Source: Candidatus Eiseniibacteriota bacterium (GTDB lineage: Bacteria; Eisenbacteria; RBG-16-71-46; CAZEPH01). Taken from it: 64,000 nucleotides of DNA. Below the pieces are notes generated by a model, which was not told the origin of the DNA, did not search any database, and worked only from the letters and a program-made list of their open reading frames with translations. The position numbers and the translations under genes are program-made. Each line of letters opens with the position of its first letter. The first letter of the stretch is position 1. Of the stretch, positions 61,386-64,000 are shown one piece after another. Location of the stretch: NCBI GenBank assembly GCA_044229145.1, contig JBGATO010000005.1:36399-100398 (forward strand), read 5' to 3'.

Positions 61386-63083
61386 TTAGTAGATGATCTT
61401 GCCCGACGCGGTGTGGCCAGCGGCCGCGAAGCGGTAGAAGTACACGCCGTGCGCCATACGGCTGCCGTCGTTGGCGACGCCGTCGATGCGCGCGTTGTAC
61501 GTGCCTTCCGACGCACGACCGTCCATCAGGTCCTTGACCATGCGGCCGTTGACGTCCACCAGCTCGAGCTTCACGTCGGTGGCCGACGGAATGTAGAACG
61601 ACAAGGTCGAGCCGCTCGCCTTGACGGTGTACGGCGCCAACGTGGCGACCGACGACGTCTGCGGGCCGAACTCCTTGGCGATCTTCGAGGCCGGAGCCGC
61701 AACCGGCACCATGTTGGCCCAGAACATTTCTTCACCCTGCGTCGAAGCGACGCGGGTGTCGGTCCACACCACCGAGAACGAGCCGAGGCCGTTGTTGGCG
61801 CCGAGACCCTGGTAGTCACCCGCCTGGTTGCCGCGGTCGGTACCCGAGCCGTGCTCGTTCGAGTTGGCGTCCGCCACCATGGACGGGTTCGTCCAGGTCG
61901 CGCCACCGTCGTGCGAGAAGGCCATGGCCATACGGTGCACCTGGCTCGTCGCGCCACCGGCGCCGTAGAAGTTCACGCCCACGGTGCCGTCGTTGAGGAC
62001 GGAGACCTGCGAGTGGTACGAGTACTTGATCTGCGGAATGGCCGAACCGATCTGCGCCGGCGCCGACCAGGTGGCACCGTTGTCGTCCGAGTACTGCACC
62101 CAGCACGCGCTCTGGGTGTTCGACGGCATCTCGTCGGTGTAGGTCACGTACATACGGCCGGCCCACGGACCACCGTGCGCGAACTCGGTCACCGGGAAGG
62201 CCACGATGCCACGGGTGTCCTGCGGCGGGATGTACCACCAGAAGCCCGAGGTGTTGTGCTTCATGTTGTGCACGACGTTCGGAGTCGTCCACGTCACACC
62301 GCCGTCGGTCGAGCGGCAAGTGAGGATGCGGCTGTTGCCGTAGTCGAGCCACGTCGCGGTCACCACACCGGTCGACGACACCGCAGCGTTCACACCGATC
62401 GTCGGACCACCGACGGTGTTCAGCTTCGGCGTGCGGACCCAGGTGGTGTTGCCCTTGCCGGTGCGCGAGTAGAGCAAGTACGCCGTGTTGCTGGCGCCGT
62501 TGTCGTCGTAGCCGAGGTACACCGTACCGTCGAACGCGCCACCGCTGTTGTCCACGGTGATCATGCAGCGGTCCGGGAACGAACCGGCGTTGGTCATGCC
62601 GTTGTACGCCACCCAGGTCGCCGAGCCGTGGTTCTTGTAGGCCACCGACTGGTTCGAGCACTCGTACGCGAGGAACGCGTCACCGGCGTTGTTGAAGTAC
62701 ACCCAGGTGTCGTAGCAGAAGCCCGACGAACCGAAGGTCGACCGGGTCCAGGTGTTGCCGCCGTCGAACGACTCGAACACACCCGCGGTGGTGCCGAGGT
62801 CGTTGGACGAAGCGAGGATGTGGTTCGGGTCCGTCGGGTCGACGGCCGTGGAGGTCTCGCTCTGAGCGGAGGTGCGGTTGGTCACGTTCTTGTTCGTCGG
62901 CGCGGTACCGGACAGGCCGGTGTTGATCCACGTCGGCTCCCAGCGCGGCACGTAGTCCGTCGGGCGCGACGAACCACCATCGGGGTCCTTCACCGGCGGC
63001 ATGTAGACACCGGCATACGCGGCGACGGCACCGGCCACGAGGGCGGCGGCGCTGAGGCTCGCAATCAAGGAACGGCGAAGCAT
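61386..63083 (-). CDS. Secreted Asp-box/BNR beta-propeller (sialidase-like) protein with FlgD-Ig/T9SS-like tail
   Basis: SFDGGNTW, STDGGVTW, SDDNGATW and SHDGGATW repeats; GDYQGL; tail LVDVNGRMV...HGVYFYR; AGGAGG RBS. Confidence 0.85.
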   Translation of the reverse strand: MLRRSLIASLSAAALVAGAVAAYAGVYMPPVKDPDGGSSRPTDYVPRWEPTWINTGLSGTAPTNKNVTNRTSAQSETSTAVDPTDPNHILASSNDLGTTAGVFESFDGGNTWTRSTFGSSGFCYDTWVYFNNAGDAFLAYECSNQSVAYKNHGSATWVAYNGMTNAGSFPDRCMITVDNSGGAFDGTVYLGYDDNGASNTAYLLYSRTGKGNTTWVRTPKLNTVGGPTIGVNAAVSSTGVVTATWLDYGNSRILTCRSTDGGVTWTTPNVVHNMKHNTSGFWWYIPPQDTRGIVAFPVTEFAHGGPWAGRMYVTYTDEMPSNTQSACWVQYSDDNGATWSAPAQIGSAIPQIKYSYHSQVSVLNDGTVGVNFYGAGGATSQVHRMAMAFSHDGGATWTNPSMVADANSNEHGSGTDRGNQAGDYQGLGANNGLGSFSVVWTDTRVASTQGEEMFWANMVPVAAPASKIAKEFGPQTSSVATLAPYTVKASGSTLSFYIPSATDVKLELVDVNGRMVKDLMDGRASEGTYNARIDGVANDGSRMAHGVYFYRFAAAGHTASGKIIY

Positions 63084-63401
63084 GCAGAATCCTCCTGGAC
63101 AGCGTGGAGTGGTGTGGCAGCGAGCCCACGGCAGAGCGGGCTCGGCTGGCGAGCGAGCTTTCCAGATCATACTGCGCCCGGAACCGGTACGGCGACTCCA
63201 GGGTGTTACGGAGACGTATGCTTGGGGCAGGTCCCCCACGCTCGTGACGAGGACATGGAGCGCCTGCCGCAAGGTCCTGGGGAATTGGGTGTAACGGGTG
63301 GATGACCACGCCACGGCCTGGCATGTGGCTACCGCGGAGTGTAGCAGGAGTGCCGGCTCCGAAGGCAAGTTAAGAAATCCGTGTAACGCGCCGGATCTCC
63401 G

Positions 63402-63449
63402 CAAAAACATCGCCCGTCGCCCCGGCCGGGAGGCCGGATGCGACGGGCG
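63402..63449 (-). terminator. Rho-independent terminator of the yceI-like gene
   Basis: CGCCCGTCGC...GCGACGGGCG stem followed on the minus strand by ATGTTTTT. Confidence 0.7.
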
Positions 63450-63484
63450 TGGTATCACCTGCGGGGAAAATCCCGCACGGAACT

Positions 63485-64000
63485 CTACCGGGCCGGGCCG
63501 GCGGTCGCGCTGTTGGCCTCCACCTCGAGGTTCAGTTCGACCTCGTCGCTCACCACGCGGGTGGACTCCATCATCTTGTTCCACGCCACGCCGTAGTCCT
63601 GACGGTTGATCATCCCCTTGGCCGAGAATGCGACCTTGGTCATGTCGGCGCCCATCTTCGCCTTGCCGAGGTACTCGCCGGTCAGCACCACCGGCTTGGT
63701 GACGCCGTGCATGGTGAGGTCGCCGGTGAGGACGAACTTCTTCGGACCGTTGCCCTGCGCCGCCTTGGCGGCCGCCTTCGCCTTCGGTCCGGCGTTCGGC
63801 GCTGTGAACTTGATCGACGTCGAGACGAACTTGATCTCCGGGAACTTCTCGGCTTCGAAGAAGTCGCCACTGCGCAAGTGGTTGTCCCGGCGCTCGTTCC
63901 CGGTGTTCACACTCTTCGTCTGGATGGTGACGTCGACCTTGCTCTGCGCCGGGTTGTCCTCGTCGAACAGGATGGTGCCGGCGAAGTCGTCGAAGTGACC
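63485..64000 (-). CDS. YceI family protein (5' end beyond right edge)
   Basis: FDDFAGTI, SVNTGNERRDNHLRSGDFF, FPEIKF.S, GDLTMHGVTKPV, INRQDYGV.WN. Confidence 0.92.
   Translation of the reverse strand, partial: GHFDDFAGTILFDEDNPAQSKVDVTIQTKSVNTGNERRDNHLRSGDFFEAEKFPEIKFVSTSIKFTAPNAGPKAKAAAKAAQGNGPKKFVLTGDLTMHGVTKPVVLTGEYLGKAKMGADMTKVAFSAKGMINRQDYGVAWNKMMESTRVVSDEVELNLEVEANSATAGPAR

Overview
A high-GC bacterial chromosomal window with about 45 protein genes and two tRNAs (Cys-GCA; Gln-CUG directly after glnS). I see no mobile element, prophage or CRISPR array. Housekeeping and metabolic content: a Moco cluster (moaA, moaC and a MogA-MoeA fusion cut by the left edge), glnS, gdhA, an aminotransferase, ahbD-like radical SAM, PGI/PMI, a GMP reductase/IMPDH-family gene and ggt. 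There are many peptidases (2x M3, M28, M1), an RND pair, an orphan PduS/PduT-like pair, and five secreted proteins with FlgD-Ig/T9SS-like C-terminal domains. Those tails suggest an FCB-group organism outside Bacteroidota, which is inference only. The strongest hidden signal is at 51546-52163, where two 'separate' ORFs are one in-frame gene. It has a TGA inside a YHS/TRASH-type FC-U-GG-C motif followed by a SECIS-like hairpin, so it is a probable exported triple-YHS selenoprotein. Other points of interest: a gdhA-linked receiver/PEP-synthase-N-domain protein, a histidine kinase lacking its His/DHp domain, a POT-like transporter apparently missing part of TM10, a shared ECF-type promoter motif, and several leaderless-mRNA promoters. 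All calls come from reading motifs by eye; no database searches were run.
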